DNA of 63,680 bases, counting the filler, from Reticulomyxa filosa (lineage: Eukaryota > Protista > Foraminifera): the NCBI GenBank assembly GCA_000512085.1. It is 22 parts of 22 records of this genome, joined end to end, with 100 filler letters (N's around TTAATTAATTAA, not from the genome) between each part and the next. Parts side by side here need not be neighbours in the genome. Positions count along the whole stretch, not along the records: positions 23,222 to 26,829 come from ASPP01012953.1; positions 26,930 to 29,789 come from ASPP01049272.1; positions 29,890 to 32,615 come from ASPP01011630.1; positions 32,716 to 34,224 come from ASPP01042882.1; positions 34,325 to 36,071 come from ASPP01008855.1; 17 more parts are not named here. The stretch is one strand, 5' to 3'. The notes beneath the pieces were generated by a model, which saw only the letters and a list, made by a program, of their open reading frames with translations, ran no database searches and was not told where the DNA came from. Within the stretch, counting starts at the first letter, position 1, and every line of letters begins with the position of its first letter. Made by a program: the position numbers and the translations under genes. Shown here in pieces: positions 23,222 to 36,171 of this stretch.

Positions 23222-24065
23222 TTATTATTATTATTACTTCAACCACCTGCCTTCCTCCCCTCTCTCCCCTCCTCCTCCTCTTCCCTTCCAAACTTGCTGA
23301 TCTTGAAGAAGCTGTCGAAATTTGTTTTCGTCGCTGCCTGCACTACTTTCGTCGCCATCGCTATGGTCCGGAGGTGCAGAGGGACCTCCATCATTGTCGC
23401 CGTGGAATTGAACGGTTGCGGAGTGGTAGTGTTCTTTCGAGGCACTGTTTGCTTCCACTTCCTTCTTTGATTCTGATTTTACTCCAAGCTTTTTGCTTTG
23501 TGACCCCTTTTCCTTTTCTTTTTTTTCCAGTTCTGCAAATATACGAGCTTCGATCTCATCTTCGGCTATTCGAGTGATCATTTTCATTATTGTTATTATT
23601 GTTATTATCATTGCTGATTGTTTTTATCATTCATTCAATACATCATACCTTCATCCTCATCATCGTCATCGCTGATCAAAGCACTAACCGCTTTGGGCTT
23701 CCCGTTGTTGTTATTGTTGTTGCTAGTGTTATCTGTCTTTTGTTTGTGATCACTGTCTTTTTGTGCTGGCTTTATTAAGTCTGCAGATTGGCCCACTGAC
23801 ATTTTTCCCGCAGCTCGGGCCTGACGCAATGCCTCTTGTTTTTCGATTGTTCGTATTCTTGTTTTGCTTTCTTAAACTCATCTGATATTAACCTTTTTTT
23901 TTTTTTTTGTTCTGATTTTTCCTTAAACCTTTGCTTTTCTTTCTAAAAAAAAGACCCACCACACCATTCAATTGCAAAATCTTTATTCCCTCCAGTCAAT
24001 TCCAAGGCTTGCTCCACCCAAAATTTTTCAAACCCTAAACTGGAGAGCTCTTCCATGAGAGACAT
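23222..24065 (-). CDS. UBA-domain protein with acidic low-complexity region (3' truncated)
   Basis: MSLMEELSSLGFEKFWVEQALELTGGNKDFAIEW is UBA-like; downstream exons are in frame after GT-AG introns. Confidence 0.65.
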
Positions 24066-24675
24066 GGTTAAATAGGGGATCGGGTTATTGAGCTTGTTTC
24101 GCCCGGCCCACAATTGGCTGCCCCTTTCGTCCGTAGTGCTTTCGAGATGGGCTCAACAATTGTTGACAATTTTTTTTTAAACTGCAAATGAAATTATATA
24201 CGATGCTTTCACGAATTTTTAGGGCTAAACAGCAGCTGATATTTAGATTGAAAAGTAAAAAGTTTGATGTTTTACAAAGAAGATATTTTGTAGTCCTTTG
24301 TGTTCATGTGGTGTCTTCACTTATATGTACACCAAAAGATTGAGCACTCAATTTTTTTTTGCTGAAAAAGATGAGGGAGTAGTTTGTTTGGTAACTCCGA
24401 ACTTTTTTTTTTTTTTTTTTTGTATTAAAAAAAAACTTTGATCAAATTTTGTAAATATCACGATACGTTTAAATTTTATTTGGATGTAAAAAAAAGGAGA
24501 GGACATTATAACTTAAGATGATATCCAAAAAACAAGGTAAAGAAATTAGAAATCTAAAAGGAGAAGGTTGTGTCTTTGTTCAATCGAAAACAATAAGAAA
24601 TTGGGACTTTTGTAGGAGAAATCCAAAAAAAAAAAAAAAAAAACGGGGCTTCGAAATTGGACAGCAATGTTAAAT

Positions 24676-25817
24676 TTAAACATCCCACAGTCGAAGTGAC
24701 AACCCAGTGATGTATTCGACAATGAGTTGAACACATTCTTGATTCAAGGCATCTTTGTGAACGGACTCAAAGATTTGCGTTTTCAAAACAATGGCGCCTT
24801 CGACCATTGCCTCGACTAATTGAGTGTCACTGCAAGTCTGTCGATCTTTGAGGGCAATGACATACGGCGAGGGATTGATTTGTTTGCGAACGACAATGCG
24901 TTTCTCCAATTCATCCAAGCGCCGTCGTTCCGAAGTCGACTGCACCTGAATGAGGTCCGCACGTTCTTGATACGTCTGAATATTTTTGATTAGTTCCAAC
25001 TGCTCGCGTTGGTCGATGTGTGCAGGCGGAAGACTGCCAGGATGGCGTCGTATTTCGTCTTGGATATAGTCCTGTCGCGACTGCATCATCACGAGGTCGT
25101 TGCGCAGCTTCGCCAGTGCCTTGTTGATCGACGCCAGGCGCGCCTTCACTTGATTCGCTTCCATCACGTCCATCGGGTTCGGGTCGCTCACCCAAAACGA
25201 CGCACTATGAATATTGGCACCGTACGATACCAAGCTCGACACTATTTTCAGGTACTTGCCTTGCTTTGACCCGACATATTCTGCGCAGGCAATCTATTGT
25301 CCCATTCATTTTGCTTAGTAAATACAAGTAAATACAAATAAATACAAATAAATAAATAAATACATATATCTATATATACATATATATACTATGTATATAT
25401 ATGTATATGTAGATATATGTATTTATTTATTTATTTGTTTATTTGTTTATTTGTTCATTTGTTTATCTAATCCAACACCTGCAAAGGGGTTATGTTGGTC
25501 CCATTCGGCGTTTCTTTTGCATAGCCTTGGTCCACATTGTGTCCATTGCTGAGAAGGGAGGTTACTGTGTCCTTCATTCCACGCACGCATGCGTTGGCTA
25601 ATGGCGAAAATGCTTTTGGATATGCATATAACACTGGTCTTGCTGATGCTTTTTCATTCACTTCTTGTGGAGGTTCCACGAAAATTACTGCTCCAAACGA
25701 AGGGGAATATCCACTTGTCTCTTCTGTCACATTTTTTTTTTTTGTTGTTGTTTGCAAAAAAAGCTCTGAATTTTTTGGTAGTGTTCAGTTTTTTTTTAAA
25801 CCTGCTTGTCTCAACAT
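24676..25817 (-). CDS. Ankyrin-repeat protein with coiled coil
   Basis: SPLANACVRGMKDTVTSLLSNGHNVD and ITPLQ|IACAEY...IVSSLVSYGANIH ankyrin repeats, followed by a heptad segment. Confidence 0.7.
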
Positions 25818-26352
25818 TTTATCAACAATTGTACACCAAATATGGGCCTAGCTTTTCAATTTTAATGATTTTATTCTTCAATGATATATTGCTTATTTTT
25901 TTTATTTTATCCCCTATCTTTTCACGGGGTATGTGTTCAAGTGAACTTTTTGTTACTCGGAAACAAAAAATTGAGTTATATCTCAGTCTAGTAACGCATA
26001 TTTCTTGTGCTTTGCAACACTATTTCATTTCTTTTTCGAACAATGGGTTGTTTTTTTTACTTTTAAACTTATTTAAATTGTATTTACTTTTGTAACAGTT
26101 ACTTCCTCGACTTCTAAACAAAAAAAATCAATAGATTGCATAAACAACAATCAAGAAATTGTTATAGAGCATTTTGCAAAACGACACAAGAAAATGAATT
26201 AGGCAACGTTCAAAATGACGTGGAAGCAGCGGGACCTTTTTTGTTTTTAGATTGAAAAAAGTCTGGATTATCTCTCTTGCAGGGGATATTCATTTCGAAC
26301 ATTGAAAAAAAGGAGATTTTGAATCCCGATTTCGTCGTGAGTGAAGCTAATC

Positions 26353-26829
26353 ATGCCAGAAATAAACTCGAAAAGAGTGCAAAATAAAGACAGACAAAAG
26401 AAAGCGAAGCAAGAGCGAACGAAAGAGGCGAAAAAAAACCCGGACCGCAAGTCCTCGCATGTGAACATAACATGGGAAGGGGACTCAAAGCCAGAAGTGA
26501 AAGAAGAGCAATCGTCCTCGACCTCATTGTATCTGATATTGGGCGGATTGTTTTTGTTATTTTTGTTTGTGTTATGGGCGTTTGTGGAGGATACGCCGGC
26601 GTTACTGGCAAAGGAAAAAGCGCGTGAAAAAGCCCAAGCGCGTCGCAACGCCACAAAAGGCGAGGGAGTTGCACCAAAGAGCTTTGCGTATGAAAGCAGC
26701 GTGGTGTTCAACAGTTCGCAATTGACGCACGTTTTGAGGCAGTTGTCCGACCCACAAGAGGACTTTGAGCGCATTGTCATGGTTACTTTCGATGATTCAG
26801 TTTGTTTTTTTTTTTTTTTACACATTTCT
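26353..26829 (+). CDS. Type II membrane protein, N-terminal part (possibly a glycosyltransferase stem)
   Basis: Basic cytosolic N-terminus, single TM LYLILGGLFLLFLFVLWAFV; truncated at the contig end. Confidence 0.5.
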
Positions 26830-26929
26830 NNNNNNNNNNNNNNNNNNNNNNNNNNNNNNNNNNNNNNNNNNNNTTAATTAATTAANNNNNNNNNNNNNNN
26901 NNNNNNNNNNNNNNNNNNNNNNNNNNNNN

Positions 26930-28336
26930 TTTTTTTAAAATTTAAAATTTAAAATACATTTGTAATTCACACAATATAAAGATACCTCAGGATGGTACTC
27001 ATTGTCAATCGATTGGAATTTCATATCTTCCGCTTGCTTCATATAGAACGTGCATTCGTCGGTTGACAATATATTTGTCACTCGGAATATACGACATTCA
27101 TCATTGTTCCACAACTCTATGTCGCTTCGCTCTTGTTTTGTCCTCAGTGACAAAGTCGTTTTTTCGCTACATTTTTTTTAAATCAAAAAAAAAAAAAAAA
27201 AGTAGGAAGAAATAATTGGAGTGAATACATCAACAAATAAACAAAAAAAAAGGCAACTGTTGGTCATGCAATGAAAAAGCGAGTAAATTTTTAAAATAAG
27301 GAATAGTGCTCTTTTCTTGATTTTTAGCATTGTCTTGGGTTTGGGGAGTGGAATCAGATTCGAGAACTGATTTTTTTTCTTCTTCCTTGTTATCATTGTT
27401 ATTATTATTGTTATTGTTATTATTATCGTCAATATTGTTATTATTATTATTGTCGATATTGTTATTATCGTTGACATTGTTATTATTATTGTCGACATTG
27501 TTGTTATTATTGTTGACATTGTTATCGTTATTGCTGACATTATTATTGTTATTGTCAATGTCATTGTTGTTATTATTGTCGACATTGTTATTGTTAATAT
27601 TATTACTGTTATTGTCAATGTCGTTATTGTCGACATTGATATTGCTATCGTTATTGTTATTATCATTGCCGACATTGATATTGTTTGTTGAATGTTCTGT
27701 GTCAGAAGGGGCATCGAGAGGGAGTGGGGGGGGAGTAGGCCAGTCGAATCGATTATACGCGGTCCAATTGTCATAAACAATAGGATTGCGAGAATCGGTG
27801 ATCGACTGGCTTTGATTGGCAATGTATCGATAGAAAAAGGGTCTGTATTTGACCTTTTCCTGTGAGGTATCTCCATATGTTGGAATTTTGGGTAGTTGCA
27901 ATGTCGCTTCAAACGTTGCAATGCCATTTTCTGTGAGCGACTCTTTATCTTTCACCAACAACAACATTCCTGGATACCTGAAATTGTCCCAATCGCCAAT
28001 CAAATATATCACACTACTTGCCGGACGATGTTGCACTTGGAACTTCACTTCTTCATATTTTATGTCTTCATACATTGCGTAGGGAGCCATAAACTCTTTT
28101 CTTAATTTCTTTAGTCTCTGTTGCTTGTTCTCATGATTAATCACCTGCTTTCGCCTTCTATCTTCTAACCTAATTTCCAACCTCTTTCTTCTTTCTTCTT
28201 CCTGTTTTCGTCGTCTCTGCTCCTCTTCTTTCTTCTCCTCTTCTTTCTTCTCCTTTTTCAGCTGTGCCTGTGTTTTCTGAACTCGTTGTGCAACATTAGC
28301 ATTACTTATTGTTATTCTACTCTTATCATCGGTCAT
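26930..28336 (-). CDS. Coiled coil + CBM48/AMPK-beta-like glycogen-binding domain + Asn-rich tract + start of a 2OG-Fe(II) oxygenase-like domain (3' truncated)
   Basis: VKFQVQH..SVIYLIGDWDNF...FEATLQLP...YRYIAN; next exon IFRVTNILSTDECTFYMKQAEDMKF resembles the prolyl-4-hydroxylase N-terminal motif. Confidence 0.6.
27385..27680 (-). repeat. Coding trinucleotide-based repeat (poly-Asn with V/I-D spacers)
   Basis: (AAT/AAC)n with recurring GTCGAC/ATTGAC, encoding NNNNVDNNNN. Confidence 0.9.
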
Positions 28337-29889
28337 CTTGACCACCTTTTTCGACTATTTACTTCACACAAATAATGCACTCAAAAGGAAAGATTCTTTA
28401 TTTCTCCAAAGAAAATAAGGCAAACGTTAGACCTGAAAACAACTTTTTCTATAAAAAATGTAGCACCTGGTAAGTGTCACGTAAATCTTCATAAAGTGTT
28501 CAGTTTTTTCTGCAACCTACTGTATTATTTAAAATGTGCTTATGTTATAGTTATTTCTTTGTATATGCATCATGAACAATAAATTTTTCAATTTTCTTGT
28601 TTAACCTTGTTTTACCAATTATCTTATTTTTTATTTGTGTTTTTTGTTTTTTTATAATAATTGTTATGTCACTCTTTTTTTTTGTGTAGCGATGGTATTA
28701 TACAATACATTTGTTATGTTTTATCGATTTATATAATATTTTAGTTTCATTTACTTTCACAAAAAAACATATTTTTAATCATTTAAACACGTTCGTTGCA
28801 AAGTATATCATACATAAAGGCATACAAACTGCAATGCACGAATATTTAAAGAAAATTTGGATTTGGAAGTATAAATATGACACTATTCTTTAATCAGTAA
28901 AAACATGTCGACATCAATTAATGCCAAAGTTAAACATTGATAAAAAAAAGATAAAGACAGCAGTTACATCTGAAAAATGACATATAAACAAATACACCGT
29001 ACAACATTATTTATACCGAGTCGATAAGATGTTGTACTTTTTTTCAATGCATTCACGCTTCAAAGACCAAGATTCAGTATTCAAGTATTAATAAGTATTA
29101 CTATTTTGTTTGGTCCAAAAAAGAAAGTCCAAATTTGTTTAGTACTGTGCTTGTAATGAAAAAAATTTTTGTAAATCACTTTCACGAAAGAGTTTAATTA
29201 CAGCACGTAAAAAAAAAAAAAAAAGCGTGTCAGTTTTTAGAGTTGGCACTCTACTCCACTTTAAACGGATACAATCAATGTTATCACGTTTCCAAAACCT
29301 GCCATTGTTGAAAACGTCCACAGAGGTATTGTATCTTGGTAATTGTTATTAGTGTTAATGGAGAGCATTTGTCAGTCAGTTTTTTGTTTTGTTTTCTTCC
29401 AATAACAATCAAAACTGGTAGGACTACCTTTCGATAAACCTCCCATCAGCGGTACTGACACCGTATATTGTTATTATTGTTATGAACCACCTGTTTTATT
29501 CTTTTTGTTTATTTTCAATACTTTCTCGAGTTCCAAAGACGCCAGGATTGAAGAACTCCTTGTACCCTTTTCCAAAGCAGAATGATCAACCATTGAACAA
29601 ATGTTGTAATGCTATTGACGAGCTCTCAAGTAGTTGTTGGAAGCAACTTCATACCTTTCGCGAGCGCTTTTGGGTACACTTTCCCACAATCGAACGCCTA
29701 TTAACATTTTCACTATACCCTTCAGAAATGTGGGACACTGACGACCCCCTCCTAGTTACGTATCCTTTTTTTTTTTTTTTTTTTTTTTGNNNNNNNNNNN
29801 NNNNNNNNNNNNNNNNNNNNNNNNNNNNNNNNNTTAATTAATTAANNNNNNNNNNNNNNNNNNNNNNNNNNNNNNNNNNNNNNNNNNNN

Positions 29890-30590
29890 TTTTTATTTAT
29901 TTAAAAAAAAAAAAAATCAAGTTTTTGAGTATGTCGAAACGCAATGATCTCAGGGATTGAAATGGACGAATTAGTGTTGGAATATCCAACGCCACTTTGC
30001 GGTTTTGGGTTCGAGTAATAGCTATTCGTATTTGTCGAGGAAAGGGAAGAGAGAGACGAAGAGGCTAACGCCGATTGTGATCCAGTTTTCCCAACTTCGT
30101 CAAAACGACCTGTTTTATTTTCATTTGCATTGGCCGACTTTGTATTCCCTCCTTCTTTTTTTTTAAATGTCTTTTGTGTTGAGTCTTTGTCATCATTTCC
30201 ATTTCCATTTGCATTTGCATTGTTATTGTGCTGATATGAATTGTTCAATTTTTTTTTTTTTTTTTTTTTTGGATCACTATGCTTGCATATACATGTATAC
30301 ACATATATATATATATATTTTGCATTTCAAACTTTGTCCACAAATTGTGAAAACGAATGAATCCGTTTGCTTTTTCGAGTCCCGTATGCCGCTAAAAATG
30401 GACTTTCGGTTATTGATCCGTGTCGACGTTTTTGAAATTCATTTGGAGCAGACTTTGTTTTTTGTTTGCCCGTTTGTTGTTTTGCGTTGCTGTTGTTGGA
30501 AAACTAATGTCTTACCACGCTCAACCGAAATTCCAACGATTGTAACTCTTCCTTGATTTTTTTTTCATCATCTTCATGACTACTAGTCAT
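29890..30590 (-). CDS. Hypothetical low-complexity (Asn/Ser-rich) protein fragment
   Basis: ATG exon MTSSHEDDEKKIKEELQSLEF and a downstream N/S-rich exon; no family motif. Confidence 0.35.
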
Positions 30591-31057
30591 TGGAGCGAAA
30601 AAATAAGATTAGTTCCGAAAAACCAATTATCAACCTATTGAAATTGATTGTTATAAATACTTAAGGGGTCTTTTTCATAAGGTCGTGCTCTACTGTTTAC
30701 ATCTAAAATTGTTCCTATTTCTGGCGTCAGATTTTTTTAAAAGCAGTTTACTTTTGGACACTTGTATTATGTGTAATATGTATTATCTTACAATGTAAAG
30801 TACGGCAAATGCGTTTTTCAACGCAAATTGTAAACACAGTAATGTTACCATCTTGCAAAAGAAGTTTGATTAGATTGCTCGAGCATGAAAAAATAGTTTT
30901 TTAGGACAGCAATGAAAGATAAAGAAATAAGTTAACAAAAGAAGAGAAAGCCAAAAACAAAGAAACAACGCAGTGAGCACATTTATACCCTTTAACTTTT
31001 CCCCGAACAGAGGGTAAGGAACAAGTCATTGATCATGTTAATAGGACTCTTGAAAAA

Positions 31058-32615
31058 ATGAAACTGTTGGAAGGTCAAGGATCTCCTTCACGCGCCCGAA
31101 ATTGCCAGAAAATACAAGGTTGGTGTCGGTGGCAATGGGTAAACAGAGCGAGGACATGCGGTAAGCTACCGAATGTGCAAGTGCGAAGGTATCATCAAAA
31201 AAGTCAAAGCGAGAAGTTCGATGGAAAGGGAGCACAAGTGGACGCAAGATCAGAAGCAGAAGCAATGGAGTCAAAAGCAAAAGAAGTGGAAGAGGAGAAG
31301 CGGACAGAAATGCATGGATGGACAAAAGTGTATTGCACACATAATCAAAATGGATGCATCGTATTGTCAATATTTAAGCCATGTTTTTTGAAAGCGTTTG
31401 GAAATTGGGAATGGTTAAAAGCAAGTAAGAGTAATGCTTTGAAAAAAGAAAAGACAAAAGAAAAAACGAAGGTTCATTTTGTAATCGATTATCGCCCAAT
31501 AATTTCAAAAGAAGCAATTGAACGGATTGGAGGTAGAAAAGCAATAGGATGGATTGATCGTAGCCAATTGCCAGTTGACAATAGCAATAATGACAGCAAT
31601 AATGACAACAATAATAACAATAATAACAATAATAAGAATATACAATTATCGGACATTTGGAAGCACAATCATCCATATTATATTCCAATAATGATAACAT
31701 CGACATCCACAGAGACAACAGAGACAACTTGCAAAGCATTGGAGACATGGATAATGGACCAAACACCATTGTCCGATGTGGAAAAGTGTGTGTGCATTGC
31801 AAATGACTTTCCGCAGGGTATCCCCTTGCAAATGTTCAAGACCTATTATCGGACTTTGTTCGACGAGAATTTGGACCACAAAGTGTTTACGTCGTTGCAC
31901 CCCGACCAGCCGTCCCTTGATCATACCTCCGTTCCCTCGCTGCATGACTACTTCCAATTCTTTGTCACCTCCTTTTCGGACCATCTGTTGTGCAAAAAGG
32001 TTTCCCACAAGTTGGGAGATACTTTTGATGATCTACTCCTCATTCCAAATGTCTATCAGGTTGGTTTGTACTTTGCATTACGAACCATAAGAATGGAGGG
32101 GTATACAATAATATATGTATACATATATATATGTATACCCCTCCACTTGATTCTTTTTTTATCAGATCTTTATTTATTAATTAAAAAAAAAAAATAATAA
32201 TAATAATAATAATGTGTGATACATTTTTTTTGGAGAGCATTACTGTGGACTCCAGCCCATGGATTCAAAGTATCATTGCAAACAGCGACAAGAACGGGTC
32301 GTGGTTTGGACAGATGCTGGCAAGGGCAATAGATGTGCCATCGGAAAAGGCCGAGTCCATCGAACCATTGATCGAATACAAGATCATGCCCCCGAAAGTG
32401 GTGTTGCTGAGTGGCAAGTTGAGTCACTTGGACTTGGCCATTGGGTATATCGAGTGGTTGGATCAAGTGGAGCAATGTCAGACCAGTGGTCGTTTTGAAT
32501 CGACGGAAGTCACCTTGTCTTCGCTGAAGCCAGAGGAATTGGAGTGGAATATATTTCTCAAAAAAACGACTGGCAATGCACACTACCACGACAACAACAA
32601 CAACAACAACAACAA
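31058..32615 (+). CDS. Hypothetical protein, possible OST-HTH/LOTUS domain (3' truncated)
   Basis: 379-aa ORF plus a second exon; FPQGIPLQMFKTYYRTLFDENLD resembles the LOTUS helix pattern. Confidence 0.5.
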
Positions 32616-33429
32616 NNNNNNNNNNNNNNNNNNNNNNNNNNNNNNNNNNNNNNNNNNNNTTAATTAATTAANNNNNNNNNNNNNNNNNNNNNNNNNNNNN
32701 NNNNNNNNNNNNNNNAAGTCACATATGCCTTTTTCCATCCTTTTTTCTTTCCTTTGATGCAAAGGTTATCCGATTTTACAACTGAAGGATCAATGTTTAC
32801 CGTATTATTGGTTTGCTGAAACTCATTGGCACTCGAAATGTCAGTGTATTTGGTGCAAGACTTTTCATTAAGAATATCTTTCATCAATTGTGTCACATTC
32901 TTGAACCATTGCATAAGCTGATTTTTGTGACAAAAAAGTTGATAAAAAAATTGGATGAACATCATGCTTTGAATGAAATTTGTTTGAAATAATTGGAATA
33001 AAAAAAAAGAACAGGGAAGGGATCTACCCCAGCACCATCTGCACCCAAAACACGCATATGACCCTTGCCGGAGACTGTAGGGGGCCAAAACAGCCGGCAC
33101 TGAGTAACAGACATTCAGAACGCATACTGAGAGGTGACCTTATTATAACTTTCACTTGGGTAGTACCAGTACGATTTCACGTACCAGATTAAGCATTGTT
33201 AAATGGATTTTTTTTTATAATAGACAACAGAGTCAATTGTATTGCTACATTGATTGTTTACAGTTAAAAAATTTGTAATGACTGTAAACACAATAAAATT
33301 TGATCTTTTATTTTAAAAAAATTACAAATAAAACAAATTTTAGTTATTAATAATTAAGTAAATTGTTTAAATGGTATAATTCAAGTCATCAAATATATCA
33401 AATAATTATTCAAAATGACAAACAAAAAA

Positions 33430-34135
33430 AAGCATTATCTTTCTGTTGTCTTATAAGCACCAAATTTGAATTGTACGACCAGCAGAACATGTTGTAATTC
33501 GATCCCCATTTTTAGATATATCCACACCAATATACCATTGTAATGACCTTCTAATTTTTTTATTTACTTTACTAATTTTATGTCATAAATTCGAATTGCA
33601 TCATTACGTGAATATGATGCAAGTGTTAAACTATCTGGAAAATATTTTAAAGCGTTTGCATAATTTAGACTTCCTTTCAATATTTTAGATCTTTTTCATG
33701 TTATATTTTTTGTTATAATTTTTAAATCCGCTGAACTATATGCAATATGTTGTCTATCTAGAGAAAATATTACATAGTTGTGCAAACATAGAATCTGAAT
33801 TGTTTCAATATTTTACCAAAATTTTAAATTATATTTACCTAAGTTTATTTTAGTATTCATTATATTAATTCCTGTAGAAATATACAATAATTGAATCATT
33901 CTATCGATTGAACATGAAACAACATTATTTCCATATGGTGAAGATTTTGCGATAAATACATTATTGTTATGCTATCTGAAAATCATAATTTCTTTTCCCA
34001 AAGAAATGTACCATATTCGAACAGTATTATCGTTTGATGACGAAACAATTTTTTTGCCATCACCAGAAAGCATTACACTATTTAATATGTCGTCATGGCC
34101 GAGTAAAATTTTTAATAATCGAAAGCCGATTATCT
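33430..34135 (-). pseudogene. WD40-repeat pseudogene
   Basis: GHDDILNSVMLSGDGKKIVSSSNDNTVRIW.., SSPYGNNVVSCSIDRMI.., ASYSRNDAIRIYD; many stops and frameshifts. Confidence 0.8.
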
Positions 34136-34324
34136 ATTCATAAATCAATTATAATTTTCATTTATAAAATATATAGGTACATAAATAATATTACTTAACA
34201 TATCTTGAAATCATTTTATTAAAANNNNNNNNNNNNNNNNNNNNNNNNNNNNNNNNNNNNNNNNNNNNTTAATTAATTAANNNNNNNNNNNNNNNNNNNN
34301 NNNNNNNNNNNNNNNNNNNNNNNN

Positions 34325-34361
<37 letters not shown>

Positions 34362-34363
<2 letters not shown>

Positions 34364-34691
34364 GTTCAGTGGCTCTGATATTAGTGGTATTGTCCAAGAC
34401 GCTTTAATGGAGCCAGTTAGGATGATGCAAGACGCCACACATTTTAAAGACATCCCAGACCCTGACAATCCGAACAAAATTGCCCTTGTGCCGTGCTCGC
34501 CAGCAGACCCCGATGGAAAGGAAATGACATTGATGGACATCCCTCTTGAAAAGCAAGACTTGGTCAAGGCGCCTCCATTAAGAATTGAACATTTTGTGAG
34601 AATACTTATCAACGCAAAACCTTCTGTTGGGCTTGATGACATTCAAAGACATGTCCAATGGACCAACGAATTTGGCCAAGAAGGGGTTTGA
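34362..34691 (+). CDS. VPS4: VPS4 AAA ATPase, last exon (Vps4_C)
   Basis: GFSGSDISGIVQDALMEPVR..ATHFK..PCSPADP..KPSV..WTNEFGQEG*. Confidence 0.93.
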
Positions 34692-35325
34692 TTTGATTGC
34701 CTTTTTGTTTTTTTTTCTCGCTCTCACTTTGCCTATTCTTCATTTTTTTAAAAAAAAAACAACATTCCTTTTCGTTCCACATTGTTTTCTCTTTTGTTTT
34801 GTTTTCGTGCTGTTTGGTTTCATATTTTTAAGTAAATTACGACAAATCCTTGGAAAGGTCGTTCATTAGTCATCAATTTGCCTTTTTGTTTTGTAACTTT
34901 TTCTCTGCTTTTCTCACACTTTAAAAAAATTATCCCTCTGTTGCAAATCATTTGTTGTAGGGCCTCGCTCAAATGGAAAGTTAGCTTTTTTTGTCTTCCC
35001 CTTTCTTCTTATCAATGATATAAACTATCATAATAATACAAAAATAACCAATCAAGTGTTCAATTTTCTTTGGCAACTGTGCTATTGTTTATTATTTTGT
35101 TATTCGTTCTAAAAAAAAGAACGAATAACTATAAAACAATCACTTGTTGATTTCACTCAGAAAATTGAAACTTCATTTTTAGTTTTTTTTATTAGAGATA
35201 TCCACTCTGATCAAAAAATATTTGTATCAGCCAAAATAATAATAAAAAAAGAATAGTCTATAAAATAATTTCTTTGTTCAATGTGAAAAGATTTGATTGT
35301 TATGATCGCTTTGCTTCAATTGAAA

Positions 35326-35940
35326 TTACTTTGTAGAAAAAGACTCATGAACGAGGTCAAACAAAGCCATTTTGCGTGAGTCGATAGAGTTGGCAGAGGC
35401 AATGTGAAGAAGCTCCTCTTTCAACAAGTTAGGATTGGTATTAGTGCAAAAGTTGACCAAAGGGTCAGCATTTGCAGTCTTTTTCCAGCTCATTTGTTTT
35501 TCTACATATTCTCCAAACTTTTGATTGTTTGCCAAATTCAAAAACGGTTCCCAAGTGTCTTCCTCCGAGTCGCAGTCTTTCCAATTCACGCGGAAGTGCA
35601 TGTCATCGCCAGCAATATTCCATGCTTTTATTTTATTCACCACATATTCCTCATTCGACTCATCATCTTCATCGTCATCTTTTTCACTCGTCTATAAGAA
35701 AATTCAATCGAAGGGAAAAAAAAAAAGGGGGCAAGGGAGTATTTAACAAAAAAAAAAAGGGGGTTCATAAACTTCTTGTTTTGCCTTTGATTGTTTTTTC
35801 GCCTTTTTTTTCTAGCACCAGTGGCAGTGGTTTCCTCGGGTGGAGGATTGCGTGAAGTGTCAATTGGAGTATCTTTATGAATATTTGTCACGGTGTCCCC
35901 AGGAGTACCTTCACAAAGTCCGCAGGCAGGTTTATTGTTG
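35326..35940 (-). CDS. Chromodomain protein (partial)
   Basis: EYVVNKIKAW...FRVNWKDCDSEEDTWEPFLNL; basic NLS-like RKKRRK in the upstream exon. Confidence 0.75.
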
Positions 35941-36171
35941 TATAAATATAAAAAGCCATTTTAATGAAACTTGGAATACATATTTGTCAAGGGTCATACT
36001 TTTTATTAGAGTTTTTTGTTTTGTTTTGTTTGAATATCATAACTCAACTGGCAACAGATTCTTTCTAATGGNNNNNNNNNNNNNNNNNNNNNNNNNNNNN
36101 NNNNNNNNNNNNNNNTTAATTAATTAANNNNNNNNNNNNNNNNNNNNNNNNNNNNNNNNNNNNNNNNNNNN

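Noticed and set aside
27178-27927. Long Ile/Thr-rich and poly-Leu ORFs
   Set aside because: Alternative-frame and antisense readings of the poly-Asn repeat.
32716-33190. Possible tandem PH-domain fragment (QLMQWF..KKKGWKKAYV)
   Set aside because: Too short and interrupted by a stop; cannot be supported without a search.
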